Shown here one piece after another: positions 28,073 through 38,050 of a DNA stretch of 64,000 nucleotides; the stretch's first letter is position 1, and each line of letters starts with the position of its first letter. The stretch lies in contig JBJHCF010000007.1 in NCBI GenBank assembly GCA_050506795.1, forward strand, positions 64,001 to 128,000, in the 5' to 3' direction. Both the position numbers and the translations under genes were made by a program. This DNA is from Opitutia bacterium. Its GTDB lineage: Bacteria; Verrucomicrobiota; Verrucomicrobiia; Opitutales; T3Sed10-336. The notes below the pieces were generated by a model that did not search any database, had not been told where the DNA came from, and saw nothing but the letters and a program-made list of their open reading frames with translations.

Positions 28073-30940
28073 GTGTCATCTCCGCGAACACTTTCCCCTA
28101 CCTTCGTTCTCAGCGTTTTCCTGATTCTCCTCGCTGCGCTATCCGCCGGCACCGCAATGGCCGGCCTGAGGCTGGAATCGCTGGAATCCCTTCTGCACCG
28201 GGCCACGGAGGCCTTCGCTTCCGCGGACTATGAACGGGCCGCGCAGGAGTTTCGCAACATCGAGGCCGAATACGGAGAGGAACCGGTCACCCGGGAACCG
28301 CGTTTTCTCCGCCGAGTCCTGCCTCTGCGGGGCTACGCGGAGCTGCGCGGCGGCGATCCCGCCAGGGCGGTGCTTCACTTCAAAAGTTATCTCGATACCT
28401 TCCACTCCGATCCCCGGCCCAACGCCTTCGTTCTCTACCATCTGGCACTGGCCAAACGTAAAACCGGTCAACCGGAGGAAGCCCTGCATCGCTTCGGAGA
28501 ATACATCGAATCCTACCCGAACCGGCCCGAAGCGGCGTTCGCCCTGATGCAACAGGTGGACATCCTCAATGAAAGCGGACGAGCCGAGGAGGCCCGGGAG
28601 CGGTTGGAGAGCTTCGGAGAAAGCGACGCCCCCGCATCCCTGCGCGCCCAGGCCCGCCTCATGGCAATTCGCCAGGCCCGCGACGCGGGGGATATCGATA
28701 CCGCCGCGACTTTCCTTTTGGACCATTCCTGGGATCCGGACGTCATCCCGGAAATCGCCTCGTTTACCGCCTTGGCCATGGAGATCGGAGATCACCTCCT
28801 TGAAACCGGCGAGGCCCGCGACGCCCTGCGCGTCTACCAATTGGTGCTTCCCCGGCGCCGGCTCCTGGAACAACAACGCCGCCGACTGGAGGCCCTGCAG
28901 GATACCTCCGTATCCGTTGGTCCGATGCAACGTCGCCACCGCGACCGTCTGAGCCGTGGTCTGCAGGCCCTGGAGAACGCCCCGGATCACACCCCCTCCT
29001 GGACCTTTCGCCGAGGCCGGGCCTTCCTGCTGGCGAAACGTCCGCGCGAGGCCTGGTTGATTTTCGAAAGCCTGGCCCTCGATGAATCCCTGGAGCCCGG
29101 CCTCCGCGAACAGGCGCACTTCCACTGGATCCTGGCCGCTCACGAACTGCGCGATTGGGAGGAGGCCCTGACCATCGCCAGGAACTTCACCCGACGTTAC
29201 GACGACGCCAACCTCGCGCCGCGCGCCTTCTATCTCATCGCCGAAGCCCATAGCGAGCAGCGACGGCATCCCGAAGCCATCGAGGTCCTGACCGACCTGA
29301 TCGAACGGTTTCCGGAACACTCCCTGGCCCCGCGTTGGGTTTTTACCCGCGGATTCAACCGGGCGGTACTTGAGCGCTTTTCCGCGGCACGGGGAGATTT
29401 CAGGATGGTCCGTGATACCTATCCGGAAAGCGGTCTCACCGCCCGCGCCGACCTCTGGCATGCCCTGACTTTTCTTTTCGAGCAGGACTACGAGCGGGCT
29501 TTGCGAGAATTCAACGATCTCGCACTCACCTACTCAGACCACGAGATCACCGGAGAAATCCTGTACCGGAGAGCCGCCACACTCCACTCCATGAACAATC
29601 TGACCGACGCCCTGGCCGAGGTGACCGCCTTCGTATCCGATTTTCCCCTGCACGAACGGCACAGCGAAGCGTTGGCCCTGAAAGGGGATATCCTGATGAC
29701 CGAAGGTCAACCCGATCGCGCCATTGCCGCCTTCTCCAACGTCCCGCCGGACGCCGGCGCCATGTACCCGTACGCGGTCTTTCAAATCGGACGGATCCAC
29801 CGCGCACGCGGGGACTATAATATCCTGGCCAATCATTTTCGCGCCTACCTCGAACGATCCGACGACGAGGCGCCGCCCCGCGTCAGCGAGGCCCTCTACT
29901 GGATCGGATGGGCTCACACCCGGCTCAACCGTCCCGAGATCGCCCTGCCTCTTTTCCTGGAAACCCTCGATCTCTTCGGTAATGACCGCGAAGCCGCGGA
30001 GATCGGAACCGTGCTCAACGCTTTGGCCGATCTCCACCAGAGTCTCCCCTCTGAAGCGACCCTGCCGGAACGCCTGCCCGTCGGCGGACGAGTCCTGCTG
30101 GCGGCTTCCGATTTCTCCGATTGGCTCCGGATCGAGCGCCGAAACGCGTTGCGCGACGACAAGCCCACCTGGTACGCCCGACTGACCCTGGCCCTATCCG
30201 ATGCCGAACGTTCCGCCGGACGACCCCATGCCGCGGACCTGCTGCTGTTCGAACTCGCAACCGAGATCCCTCCTCAAGACCTTGACGCCACCGCGCTGGG
30301 CCGTGCCGGTCATCATCTCCGCGAGCGCGGTCTCGCGACCGGGGAGACACTCCTGCTTCACCTGTTGGAGGATTTTCCCGATGCTCCGGAGTCCGCATAC
30401 GCTCATTACGGACTCGCACGCATCGCCCACCAGGCGGGAGACATGGAGAACGCCCTCCTCCACTTGCGACGTTTTCGCTCCCGATTTCCCGGACACTCTC
30501 TCGCGGTGGACGCCACCCTCCTTCACGCGGATCTGCAGGCGCTTTCAGGCGACACCCTTGCCGCGCGGGCGGCCTACGAGGAAGTGCTGCGCGACCGCCG
30601 CGCCAGGGGACGGCGCCACGCCAGGGCGCTTCGAGCGTTGGCTAAAATTTACCGCGACCAGGAAGAACCGGAAAAGGCGATCGCATACTACCAGCGCATC
30701 TACACCCTGTACCAGGCCTACCCGGAACTGGTCGTCGAAGCCTATCACGAAAGCGCCCTCCTCTTTGAACGCCTGGGCGATCTGCAAGCCGCCCGGGCCA
30801 CTTTCCGGGAAATGTTTACCCACGAGACCAACGAGGGAGATCCGGAACGCTGGGCGGCCGCCCGGCAGGACCTGGAGCGACTTCAACGTGAACTCCCCCC
30901 GGATTCGGCGGGCACTTTGGAAAACGAATCCACGCCATGA
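28073..30940 (+). CDS. Large secreted TPR-repeat protein
   Basis: Signal peptide; many YP/FP-type TPR repeats; KAIAYYQRIYTLYQAYPE near C-terminus. Confidence 0.85.
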   Translation: MSSPRTLSPTFVLSVFLILLAALSAGTAMAGLRLESLESLLHRATEAFASADYERAAQEFRNIEAEYGEEPVTREPRFLRRVLPLRGYAELRGGDPARAVLHFKSYLDTFHSDPRPNAFVLYHLALAKRKTGQPEEALHRFGEYIESYPNRPEAAFALMQQVDILNESGRAEEARERLESFGESDAPASLRAQARLMAIRQARDAGDIDTAATFLLDHSWDPDVIPEIASFTALAMEIGDHLLETGEARDALRVYQLVLPRRRLLEQQRRRLEALQDTSVSVGPMQRRHRDRLSRGLQALENAPDHTPSWTFRRGRAFLLAKRPREAWLIFESLALDESLEPGLREQAHFHWILAAHELRDWEEALTIARNFTRRYDDANLAPRAFYLIAEAHSEQRRHPEAIEVLTDLIERFPEHSLAPRWVFTRGFNRAVLERFSAARGDFRMVRDTYPESGLTARADLWHALTFLFEQDYERALREFNDLALTYSDHEITGEILYRRAATLHSMNNLTDALAEVTAFVSDFPLHERHSEALALKGDILMTEGQPDRAIAAFSNVPPDAGAMYPYAVFQIGRIHRARGDYNILANHFRAYLERSDDEAPPRVSEALYWIGWAHTRLNRPEIALPLFLETLDLFGNDREAAEIGTVLNALADLHQSLPSEATLPERLPVGGRVLLAASDFSDWLRIERRNALRDDKPTWYARLTLALSDAERSAGRPHAADLLLFELATEIPPQDLDATALGRAGHHLRERGLATGETLLLHLLEDFPDAPESAYAHYGLARIAHQAGDMENALLHLRRFRSRFPGHSLAVDATLLHADLQALSGDTLAARAAYEEVLRDRRARGRRHARALRALAKIYRDQEEPEKAIAYYQRIYTLYQAYPELVVEAYHESALLFERLGDLQAARATFREMFTHETNEGDPERWAAARQDLERLQRELPPDSAGTLENESTP

Positions 30941-31941
30941 AACCCACCCCCAAACTTATTGATACCTCCACGGCGCTCCTGGTTTTATTTCTCCTGGTCG
31001 CACCAGCCCTTCCGGTCGTCTCCCGGTATCAAGAGCCGGCGACCGTAACCCTCGAAAACGGCCGGCAGTACACCGGAATCCTCGCCGGTCTGGCCGACGA
31101 GCGTCTGGCCTTGATTGTGCCGGACGGAGCAGGTGAAGCCGAATACCTCCTGCCAATCGAGCAGATCACGAAGGTGGATCTGCCCGATGAAGACCTCGCA
31201 ACAAACGCACTGCTTCTGTACCAGGAAAACAACTACGAGCAGGCAATTCCTCTGCTGGAAACAATCTATCGGAATCGCCTTCCCTACCTTGCACTTTTGG
31301 CCCCGAACCAGGAGACACCACTCGTCGCCCTGGTAAAACTATATTCGGCGACGGGAGCCCGACTCGACGCGGTCATCACCGCGCGTCGACTCAGTCGCGA
31401 TATACGGAATCCGGCCCATCGCGAAGAACTGGCGGCCATCAAACTGACCGGATACCTTGACCTCGACTTGATTGAACGCGCCGTCTCCGACGGACGCGCC
31501 TGGTGTGCCCGGCAGGACCGGCATCCCGATTCCGCGCTGGGATGGTATGTGCTGGCTGAAGTCGCTTTGCGGGAGGAACGGCTCGAAGATGCCCTGTGGA
31601 TTGCCCTGCAACCGATTGCGTTCTCATCGGCTTCCCCCATGTCGTACCTGGAAGCGGCCTATGCGGCAGCCCTCCGCGCCTACCAAAAGACGGGCGAAAC
31701 GGACCTGGGAATCGAGCTCTACCGGGAAATGAGGGACCGCGATTTGCCTCTTTCCGAACTCAGCCCCTCCGCCGGCGAAACGATCGCCTACTTCGCCGAG
31801 CTTTGGGAGGCGGAGAGACAGGCGTCCCCGAATGAGGAGGAAACCGGCCCGCTCCTTGATCCTCGTCCGCCGCGAGCGGACCTCAATCTGCCTCTGCGCG
31901 AAGTCCGCCGACTACTCCTCGCCTTGCCGGAGTTCGAATAA
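30937..31941 (+). CDS. Secreted hypothetical protein (small beta domain + TPR-like helices)
   Basis: Signal peptide; VTLENGRQYTG...LPIEQITKV domain; ATGA overlap with upstream gene. Confidence 0.7.
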   Translation: MKPTPKLIDTSTALLVLFLLVAPALPVVSRYQEPATVTLENGRQYTGILAGLADERLALIVPDGAGEAEYLLPIEQITKVDLPDEDLATNALLLYQENNYEQAIPLLETIYRNRLPYLALLAPNQETPLVALVKLYSATGARLDAVITARRLSRDIRNPAHREELAAIKLTGYLDLDLIERAVSDGRAWCARQDRHPDSALGWYVLAEVALREERLEDALWIALQPIAFSSASPMSYLEAAYAAALRAYQKTGETDLGIELYREMRDRDLPLSELSPSAGETIAYFAELWEAERQASPNEEETGPLLDPRPPRADLNLPLREVRRLLLALPEFE

Positions 31942-31982
31942 AACCCATCCAACAATCGACCCTTGCATCAACGCCAACCGCT

Positions 31983-32753
31983 ATGAAACCTACCTCGATT
32001 CGATTCCCCTTCCTGGCAACCCTCTTCCTCTCGGCAAGTTTACCGCTGCAGGCGGCCGACGCCGCGGCGACCGGCGGGCAGCTCAGTCTATGGAGCCTGC
32101 TGCAACAGGGAGGCTGGGCCATGTATCCTCTGGCGGCCTGTTCGATTGCCATGTTTTTCCTGATCTTTCACTGCGTCCGGGAAACCGCGCCGGCAAGGTT
32201 CATACCACCCAATGCCCTTCCCCACCTGGCATCGCTGCTGGAGTCGCGTCGCATCGAGGAAACCATGGCCCACCTGGATGCCACACCCGGCGCACTGTCC
32301 CGAGCGCTCCGTCCGGCATTGCAGAAAGCACGTCCCGACCTCGCCGATGCCGGCAAGGAACAGGTGGAATTCGCGCTGGCCGAAGCGCTCGAGCACGAGG
32401 AGAACGGAATCTCGCAATGGATCACCTACCTGAACGTGGTCGCCAGTGTCGCCCCCATGATCGGCCTGCTCGGCACGGTCAGCGGAATGATAGGGGCCTT
32501 TCAAACCATATCGCTTGGCGGCATGGGGCGTCCGGAGTTGCTCGCCGGCGACATCGGCCAGGCCCTGGTCACCACCGCCACCGGACTGACCATCGGTATT
32601 CCCGCGATGATCGCCTATTTCGTCCTGCGCAACCGCCTGGAAAACCGCATGCTCGAAACCACCCGCGGCGCCACCGAACTCATCGACACCCTGGCCGCCG
32701 GATACGCCTTCGAAGGAGAAGCCGAGGCACAGGAAGAAATCGAGCGGATTTGA
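31983..32753 (+). CDS. MotA/TolQ/ExbB proton channel protein
   Basis: GGWAMYPL, VAPMIGLLGTVSGMIGAF, IGQALVTTATGL. Confidence 0.93.
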   Translation: MKPTSIRFPFLATLFLSASLPLQAADAAATGGQLSLWSLLQQGGWAMYPLAACSIAMFFLIFHCVRETAPARFIPPNALPHLASLLESRRIEETMAHLDATPGALSRALRPALQKARPDLADAGKEQVEFALAEALEHEENGISQWITYLNVVASVAPMIGLLGTVSGMIGAFQTISLGGMGRPELLAGDIGQALVTTATGLTIGIPAMIAYFVLRNRLENRMLETTRGATELIDTLAAGYAFEGEAEAQEEIERI

Positions 32754-32771
32754 TCCGAACGCCTAAAAAGA

Positions 32772-33179
32772 ATGAATCACCACGAAGAGCACAAAGTGCA
32801 CGAAGAAATACAATTCGAAGCGCTTTCACACCGTGTGATCGGTTGCGCAATTGAAGTGCATCGCGTTCTTGGACCTGGCCTGCTGGAATCGTCCTACCAA
32901 AGATGCCTGAGTCATGAATTGGAACTAAAAGGGATCGAGCATCTGTGCGAAACACCACTTCCCATCGAATACAAAGAAACTTCCCTGGAATGCGGTTATC
33001 GCGTTGATTTATTGGTTGCCAATGCTCTGATCATCGAGCTGAAAAGCGTAAGGAAAATCGACCCCATTCACGAAGCCCAGATTCTGACCTACATGAAGTT
33101 ATCCGGCGTTCGGACAGGACTTATTTTGAACTTCAATGTATCGAAACTCAAAGAGGGAATAAAACGCTACGTCCTCTAA
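32772..33179 (+). CDS. GxxExxY protein (PD-(D/E)XK nuclease superfamily)
   Basis: VIGCAIEVHRVLGPGLLESSY, YRVDLLV, IIELKS, AQILTYMK, GLILNF. Confidence 0.93.
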   Translation: MNHHEEHKVHEEIQFEALSHRVIGCAIEVHRVLGPGLLESSYQRCLSHELELKGIEHLCETPLPIEYKETSLECGYRVDLLVANALIIELKSVRKIDPIHEAQILTYMKLSGVRTGLILNFNVSKLKEGIKRYVL

Positions 33180-33217
33180 TCCCCTACTCTTCGTGCCCTT
33201 CGCGCTCTTCGTGGTGA
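32777..33217. repeat. 30-bp inverted repeats bracketing the GxxExxY gene
   Basis: 32777-32806 vs reverse complement of 33188-33217: 27/30 identical. Confidence 0.85.
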
Positions 33218-33241
33218 AAACGAATCTGGGACCAGCCGGTC

Positions 33242-36200
33242 CTATCCGCGTTCGCCGGCCAGCTCAGGGACGCCGGTGTGTTCCGGCTCGGTTCGCTGCC
33301 GTTCGGAATTGAAGCGCATGGACACCACTTTGGACACACCCTTCTCCTCCATAGTCACTCCGAAAATCGCCTGAGCTTCCGAGATGGTGCGTTTGTTGTG
33401 GGTGATGATCAGGAACTGCGATTCCTGAGTGAACTCTCTGAGCATTCCGGTGAAACGACCGATATTCGCCTCGTCCAGGGGAGCGTCCAACTCGTCCAGC
33501 ACACAGAACGGACTGGGCTTGACCATGTAAATGGCAAAAAGAAGGGCCACCGCGGTCATGGTTTTTTGTCCGCCGGAAAGCAGCACGATCCCCTTGAGCT
33601 TGGTGCCCGGGGGCTGAGCGATAATATCGATTCCGGCCTCCAGGGGGTCCTCCGACTCCAGGAGTTCGAGGTTGGCCTTGCCGCCGCCAAAAAGACTTTG
33701 GAAGGTGTAGGTGAAGTTCTTGGTGATCTGCTCGAATATCTCTTTAAACTGCGCCGTCGAGCGCTCGTTGATATCGTCGATCGCGCGCAGCAACTCGTCG
33801 CGGGATTCCACCAGGTCGGAGTGTTGCGTATTGAGGAATTCATGACGTTCCTTCAGTTCCACGTACTCCTCGATCGCGACCAGGTTTACCGGTCCCATGG
33901 AGTGAATGCGCGACCGCAGGGTGTCGATTTCCGCTTTCACCGCCGACCAGTCCGTATCGTCCATGGCGGCGCGGTCTTCATCGGTCATGTCGGGGCGCGG
34001 CCCCGCGGTCTTGCGTTTGCGCTTGGGCGTGTCCTCGTCGTCGTCCAGATCCAGCGGGTGCGGTCCGGCGGGCTCGTCTTCCGCCCGCCAAAGGCATTCC
34101 CGCCAATCGACTTCGGGCAATGAAAGCTCGTATTCGCGCTCGATTTCCTCCAGCAGATAATCGCGCCGCGATTTTCGCTCCGCCTGCCTGACCTGAAGTG
34201 CATTGAGCTCGCTGCGACGCTTGTCCAGTTCGGTCCGACGGTCATGCACCGCTTTTTCCGCGGCGGTAATTTCCTCCTCCACGGACGAGTACTGCCGACG
34301 AACCTTCTCGACGTTTTCCTGGGCGGACTTGAGTTCGGTCTCCGCCGCCGCGGCGTTCTCCTTCTGTTGAATGTTTTCCTTGCGAAGGGATTCAATCTGC
34401 TCACCCAGACGCTCGATTTCCTGGCGCCGGTGTTCGATTCCGCGTTGAAGCTCCGCGGTTTTGGTTTCCATTTCGCTGAGCCCGCGATCCAGCATTTCCA
34501 GACGCTGTTTTTTCTGCGCCAGATCGAACCGGGCCTCGGAAAGCTTCTCCCGCTCCTGCTCCAATTCTGTCCGAGTAGACCGGATGCGCTCCTCGCAGGT
34601 CGCGATCGCCGCCTTGTGGTCATCGAGCGCCTTTTCGGCTTCCGCCAGTTTCCGCCGCAGCGTGTCGGATTCCTCATGGGCGGCGGCCCGGCGGGCCTGA
34701 AGCTTTTCCCGGTCCGACACCAGGCGCGCGGATCGGCTCAAGGTTTCCTCCCGCGCCTTTTCCGCGCTGCGGAGCTCGGTTTCCAGGGAAGTCCGTTTGC
34801 CGGAGGCATCTCTCACGTTCACGTGAGCGGTTTCGACACCCTTTTCCGCCTCCTCCAGGCTCGTTTGCAACGCTTCGGCTTCCTCCTTGAGTGCCGTAAG
34901 ACGCTTCTGCTCGGCGGCGATCTCCTTTTTCAGATCACGAATTTCCGACTCCCGCTGCAGGATCGAATTTCCCTTGCCTTTGTGATACCCGCCAAACACC
35001 AGACCGCGCCGATCGATCAACTCGCCTTTGGCCGTGACAACATGCTGGAAGTCGAAATCGGGCCGAGTTTTCCAGAATTCGAAAAAGGCAGCCGCATCCG
35101 CGGCAAAATAACTGCGAGCCAGCAGATCGCCCAGGGGATGCCCGGCATCGTCACCGTCGCCCTCGACGGTGAACAACTCGGCCGCGGGTTTAATGGTCGG
35201 AGGCAGATCGGACGACCGATCGGAACGCCCGTTTCCCTCCGGGAAAAAAGAAAGGCAAGCCTTGCCCATCTTGCGTTCGTCGAGAACATGCAGCACCCGG
35301 AGAGCCACCTCCGGGTCCTTGACCGCCACGGAATCGATAGCCGATCCGAGGAGGGTCTCCAGGGCCGGAGCACAGTCCGGTTTAGCCTGGATATTGCGTG
35401 TGAGCGGGAAATATTCCGTACCCTCGGGCAGGACTTCATCCAGTTTCCCCTGCAGGAGCGCTTTGGCGCCCTCGCTAAACCCTTCCAGCTTTTCCTGCAA
35501 CTGCTGCAGAACCCGCAAACGGGCGTTATTCTGCGCCACCGCCCGGTCGGACACCTGGATTTCCGCCTGTTTGGCGCGATAAGCATCACGGCCGCCGACC
35601 ACCCTGGCGCGAGCCTCCTCCAGGGCCTGTTGAGCGGCCGCCTGGTCTTCCTCGGCCGCTTTCATGGCATCCGCAAACCGGGCGAGACTTTCGTCGGCGG
35701 CGACCTTTTCCTTCTCCAGCGACGCGATCTCCTCATCCAACCCGGCGGCGCGAACCTCATCCGATTTGAGACTGAGATCGAACTCCGTATTCCTGGAACG
35801 CAGGCGGACCGCCTCGTTCTCCGCCTTCAGCAGATTCTGTTTCTCGGCGCCCAGGGCCTTTTCCTCCTCGGCGAGGCGCGCCTGCAACGCCCGCACCTCC
35901 TGATCGCGGGTTTGAAAGAAGCGATCGGAGTTCGCCACCACCTCGTGCTGCTCCTTTTTGGTTTGGGCACTGCCGACCACCTCCTCGCTGGTTGCGGAGA
36001 GCTCCTTCTCCATCCGCTCGATTTCTTTGGTGGCGTCGGCCAGACGGCCGGAATAATCCTCGCCCCGCGCTTCGGCGAGGCGGGCGGCGTTTTCCGCCTG
36101 TTCCTTGCGGGAACGCAGGTCGAAAACCGCCTGCTGCGCTTCCTGCAATCGCGAGTTAAGGGCGCTCCGCTCCGCTTTTCTTTCCTCAATGGCCGATTCA

Positions 36201-36994
36201 CGGCTCTCCAGATCGGCGGTTTCGCGCGCGACATCGGTCTGCAAAGCGGTCAGCTTTTCCTCAAGGCCGCCGAGTTCCTCCTCAAGAATACTGTACTGGT
36301 GGCCGTTATAGGCCAGATCCAGCTTTTCCAGGCGGTGCCGAATCTTCTTGTAGCGAAGGGCCTTGCTGGCCTGACGGCGCAAAGTGTTGATCTGGCGACG
36401 AACCTCGTCGAGCACATCGGTCAACCTCGCCAGGTTGCCTTCCACCAGTTTCAGCTTGTTCAGCGCCTCGCGCCGCTGGCTTTTGTATTTGGTGATTCCG
36501 GCGGCCTCCTCGAAGATCGCCCGCCGTTCCACCGGGTTGGAGGAAAGAATCTGGTCGATCTGGCCCTGGGCCATAATGGAATAGGACGAGCGACCAATTC
36601 CGGTATCCATAAAAATGCGCTGGATATCCTTGAGGCGGCAGGCCTTGCCGTTGAGGAAATAATCGCTCTGTCCGTCGCGGGAAACCCGGCGGGTGATTTC
36701 CACCTCGTGAAATCCGTCGCCCAGGAGCGGTTCACATTCGGTGAAAACCAATGAGACTTCGCAGAGTTGAACCGGTTTGCGCTGATCGGTACCCTCGAAA
36801 ATAACATCCTGCATCTTGCCGCCGCGCAACGCCTTGGCGCTTTGCTCTCCGAGAACCCAGCGAATCGCATCCGCGATATTGCTCTTGCCGCAGCCGTTGG
36901 GGCCGACGATGGCGGTAACTCCGGTGTCGAAGGTCAGCTTGGTCGGATCGGCGAAGCTTTTGAAGCCGTTTACTCTGAGTTCGCGAAGGTACAT
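33242..36994 (-). CDS. smc: Chromosome partition protein SMC
   Basis: GFKSFA, VGPNGCGKSN, coiled coils, hinge, LSGGQK, LDELDAPLDEAN. Confidence 0.97.
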   Translation of the reverse strand: MYLRELRVNGFKSFADPTKLTFDTGVTAIVGPNGCGKSNIADAIRWVLGEQSAKALRGGKMQDVIFEGTDQRKPVQLCEVSLVFTECEPLLGDGFHEVEITRRVSRDGQSDYFLNGKACRLKDIQRIFMDTGIGRSSYSIMAQGQIDQILSSNPVERRAIFEEAAGITKYKSQRREALNKLKLVEGNLARLTDVLDEVRRQINTLRRQASKALRYKKIRHRLEKLDLAYNGHQYSILEEELGGLEEKLTALQTDVARETADLESRESAIEERKAERSALNSRLQEAQQAVFDLRSRKEQAENAARLAEARGEDYSGRLADATKEIERMEKELSATSEEVVGSAQTKKEQHEVVANSDRFFQTRDQEVRALQARLAEEEKALGAEKQNLLKAENEAVRLRSRNTEFDLSLKSDEVRAAGLDEEIASLEKEKVAADESLARFADAMKAAEEDQAAAQQALEEARARVVGGRDAYRAKQAEIQVSDRAVAQNNARLRVLQQLQEKLEGFSEGAKALLQGKLDEVLPEGTEYFPLTRNIQAKPDCAPALETLLGSAIDSVAVKDPEVALRVLHVLDERKMGKACLSFFPEGNGRSDRSSDLPPTIKPAAELFTVEGDGDDAGHPLGDLLARSYFAADAAAFFEFWKTRPDFDFQHVVTAKGELIDRRGLVFGGYHKGKGNSILQRESEIRDLKKEIAAEQKRLTALKEEAEALQTSLEEAEKGVETAHVNVRDASGKRTSLETELRSAEKAREETLSRSARLVSDREKLQARRAAAHEESDTLRRKLAEAEKALDDHKAAIATCEERIRSTRTELEQEREKLSEARFDLAQKKQRLEMLDRGLSEMETKTAELQRGIEHRRQEIERLGEQIESLRKENIQQKENAAAAETELKSAQENVEKVRRQYSSVEEEITAAEKAVHDRRTELDKRRSELNALQVRQAERKSRRDYLLEEIEREYELSLPEVDWRECLWRAEDEPAGPHPLDLDDDEDTPKRKRKTAGPRPDMTDEDRAAMDDTDWSAVKAEIDTLRSRIHSMGPVNLVAIEEYVELKERHEFLNTQHSDLVESRDELLRAIDDINERSTAQFKEIFEQITKNFTYTFQSLFGGGKANLELLESEDPLEAGIDIIAQPPGTKLKGIVLLSGGQKTMTAVALLFAIYMVKPSPFCVLDELDAPLDEANIGRFTGMLREFTQESQFLIITHNKRTISEAQAIFGVTMEEKGVSKVVSMRFNSERQRTEPEHTGVPELAGERG

Positions 36995-37017
36995 GCAGGA
37001 GGGGAAAGTCGAATGGT

Positions 37018-38031
37018 TTAAAAAAAGAAGGCTTCCGCCAGTTCCCGATCGAGGGACAGCAGTCGCACCGAAAACGGCAGCACGGATTCGCCACGGTCGA
37101 GCCGGGCGCGAATTTCACCCTTGTTGGCCTCAAAATCGGCCTGCCAGCAAAAGAAGCGTCCGTCACTGTAGTCGCAAAGCAACACAAAAGGAAACTCGTC
37201 CTCGTCGGCCGGTGTGAGCTGGGCGGCGGGGATCTGGTCAATGCCTCCCGGGCCCGCACAGGCTTTCAGACGTTCCCTGAACCACGCGGCCAGGACGCGC
37301 GCTTCGGCCTTCCATCGGGGGGCGTGTCGCAGTTCGAGGTGCCGCAAATCGCTCCCTAATCGAACGGGATCGAAGCTGCTGAGAAACTGTCCGATGGACT
37401 GCCTGACGGGCAACAACCGGGCGTCCACAAGATCGCGTACCCGGCCCGGGTGAGGCCACTCGATGGAGGCGACTTCCGGAGTTTCCAGGCCGGAATCGTA
37501 GACAATACGCTTACAGACCTTGTGGAAGGACAAATACTGACCGGCGTTGCGGCCGGAGGCGAAACGATGAAACCAGTAATAGGTCGGCAAATCGTTTTCC
37601 AGGAGGATGGAGACCTGATTCTCCAGGAAATCGTTTCCACCCCCCGGATAGGAAAGAATCAACGCTTCGCAACAGGAGCGGTCGCGTCGCGTTTTGCCGA
37701 CATAACATTCGGCGAACACCTTGAGGGTCATCAGGGTTTCGCTGCGCCGTTGGTATTCCGGGCACAAAACGATGATGCGGCAGGGATAACGCCGAGCGAA
37801 GCGCAGCGCGCCGGAAAAGGCGTTAAGCGCATCGTCCGCCGTGGTTTCGCGCCCCAGGTGTATGATGAGATTCATCTGGGAGGCGCGGAATTCGGCCGGT
37901 TCCTGGCCCGGACCGGACGGGGCCTCCCACATCCCCGCCAGAGCGGATTGCACGTCGGCCACCGGAATCTCCAGCCCGGGAAGAGCGGAAAAAATATTCT
38001 CAGGGATCGAGCTCATCGTTTGCGCAGCCAT
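37018..38031 (-). CDS. opcA: Glucose-6-phosphate dehydrogenase assembly protein OpcA
   Basis: RASQMNLI, YPCRIIVL, LLENDLPTYYW; directly downstream of zwf. Confidence 0.8.
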   Translation of the reverse strand: MAAQTMSSIPENIFSALPGLEIPVADVQSALAGMWEAPSGPGQEPAEFRASQMNLIIHLGRETTADDALNAFSGALRFARRYPCRIIVLCPEYQRRSETLMTLKVFAECYVGKTRRDRSCCEALILSYPGGGNDFLENQVSILLENDLPTYYWFHRFASGRNAGQYLSFHKVCKRIVYDSGLETPEVASIEWPHPGRVRDLVDARLLPVRQSIGQFLSSFDPVRLGSDLRHLELRHAPRWKAEARVLAAWFRERLKACAGPGGIDQIPAAQLTPADEDEFPFVLLCDYSDGRFFCWQADFEANKGEIRARLDRGESVLPFSVRLLSLDRELAEAFFF

Positions 38032-38050
38032 GAAAGAGAAAGGTTTTGCT

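Noticed and set aside
34244..36754. 836-aa plus-strand ORF and other long antisense ORFs (e.g. 23788-25557, 37841-39619, 9966-11348)
   Set aside because: Shadows of real genes in GC-biased DNA; no recognisable motifs
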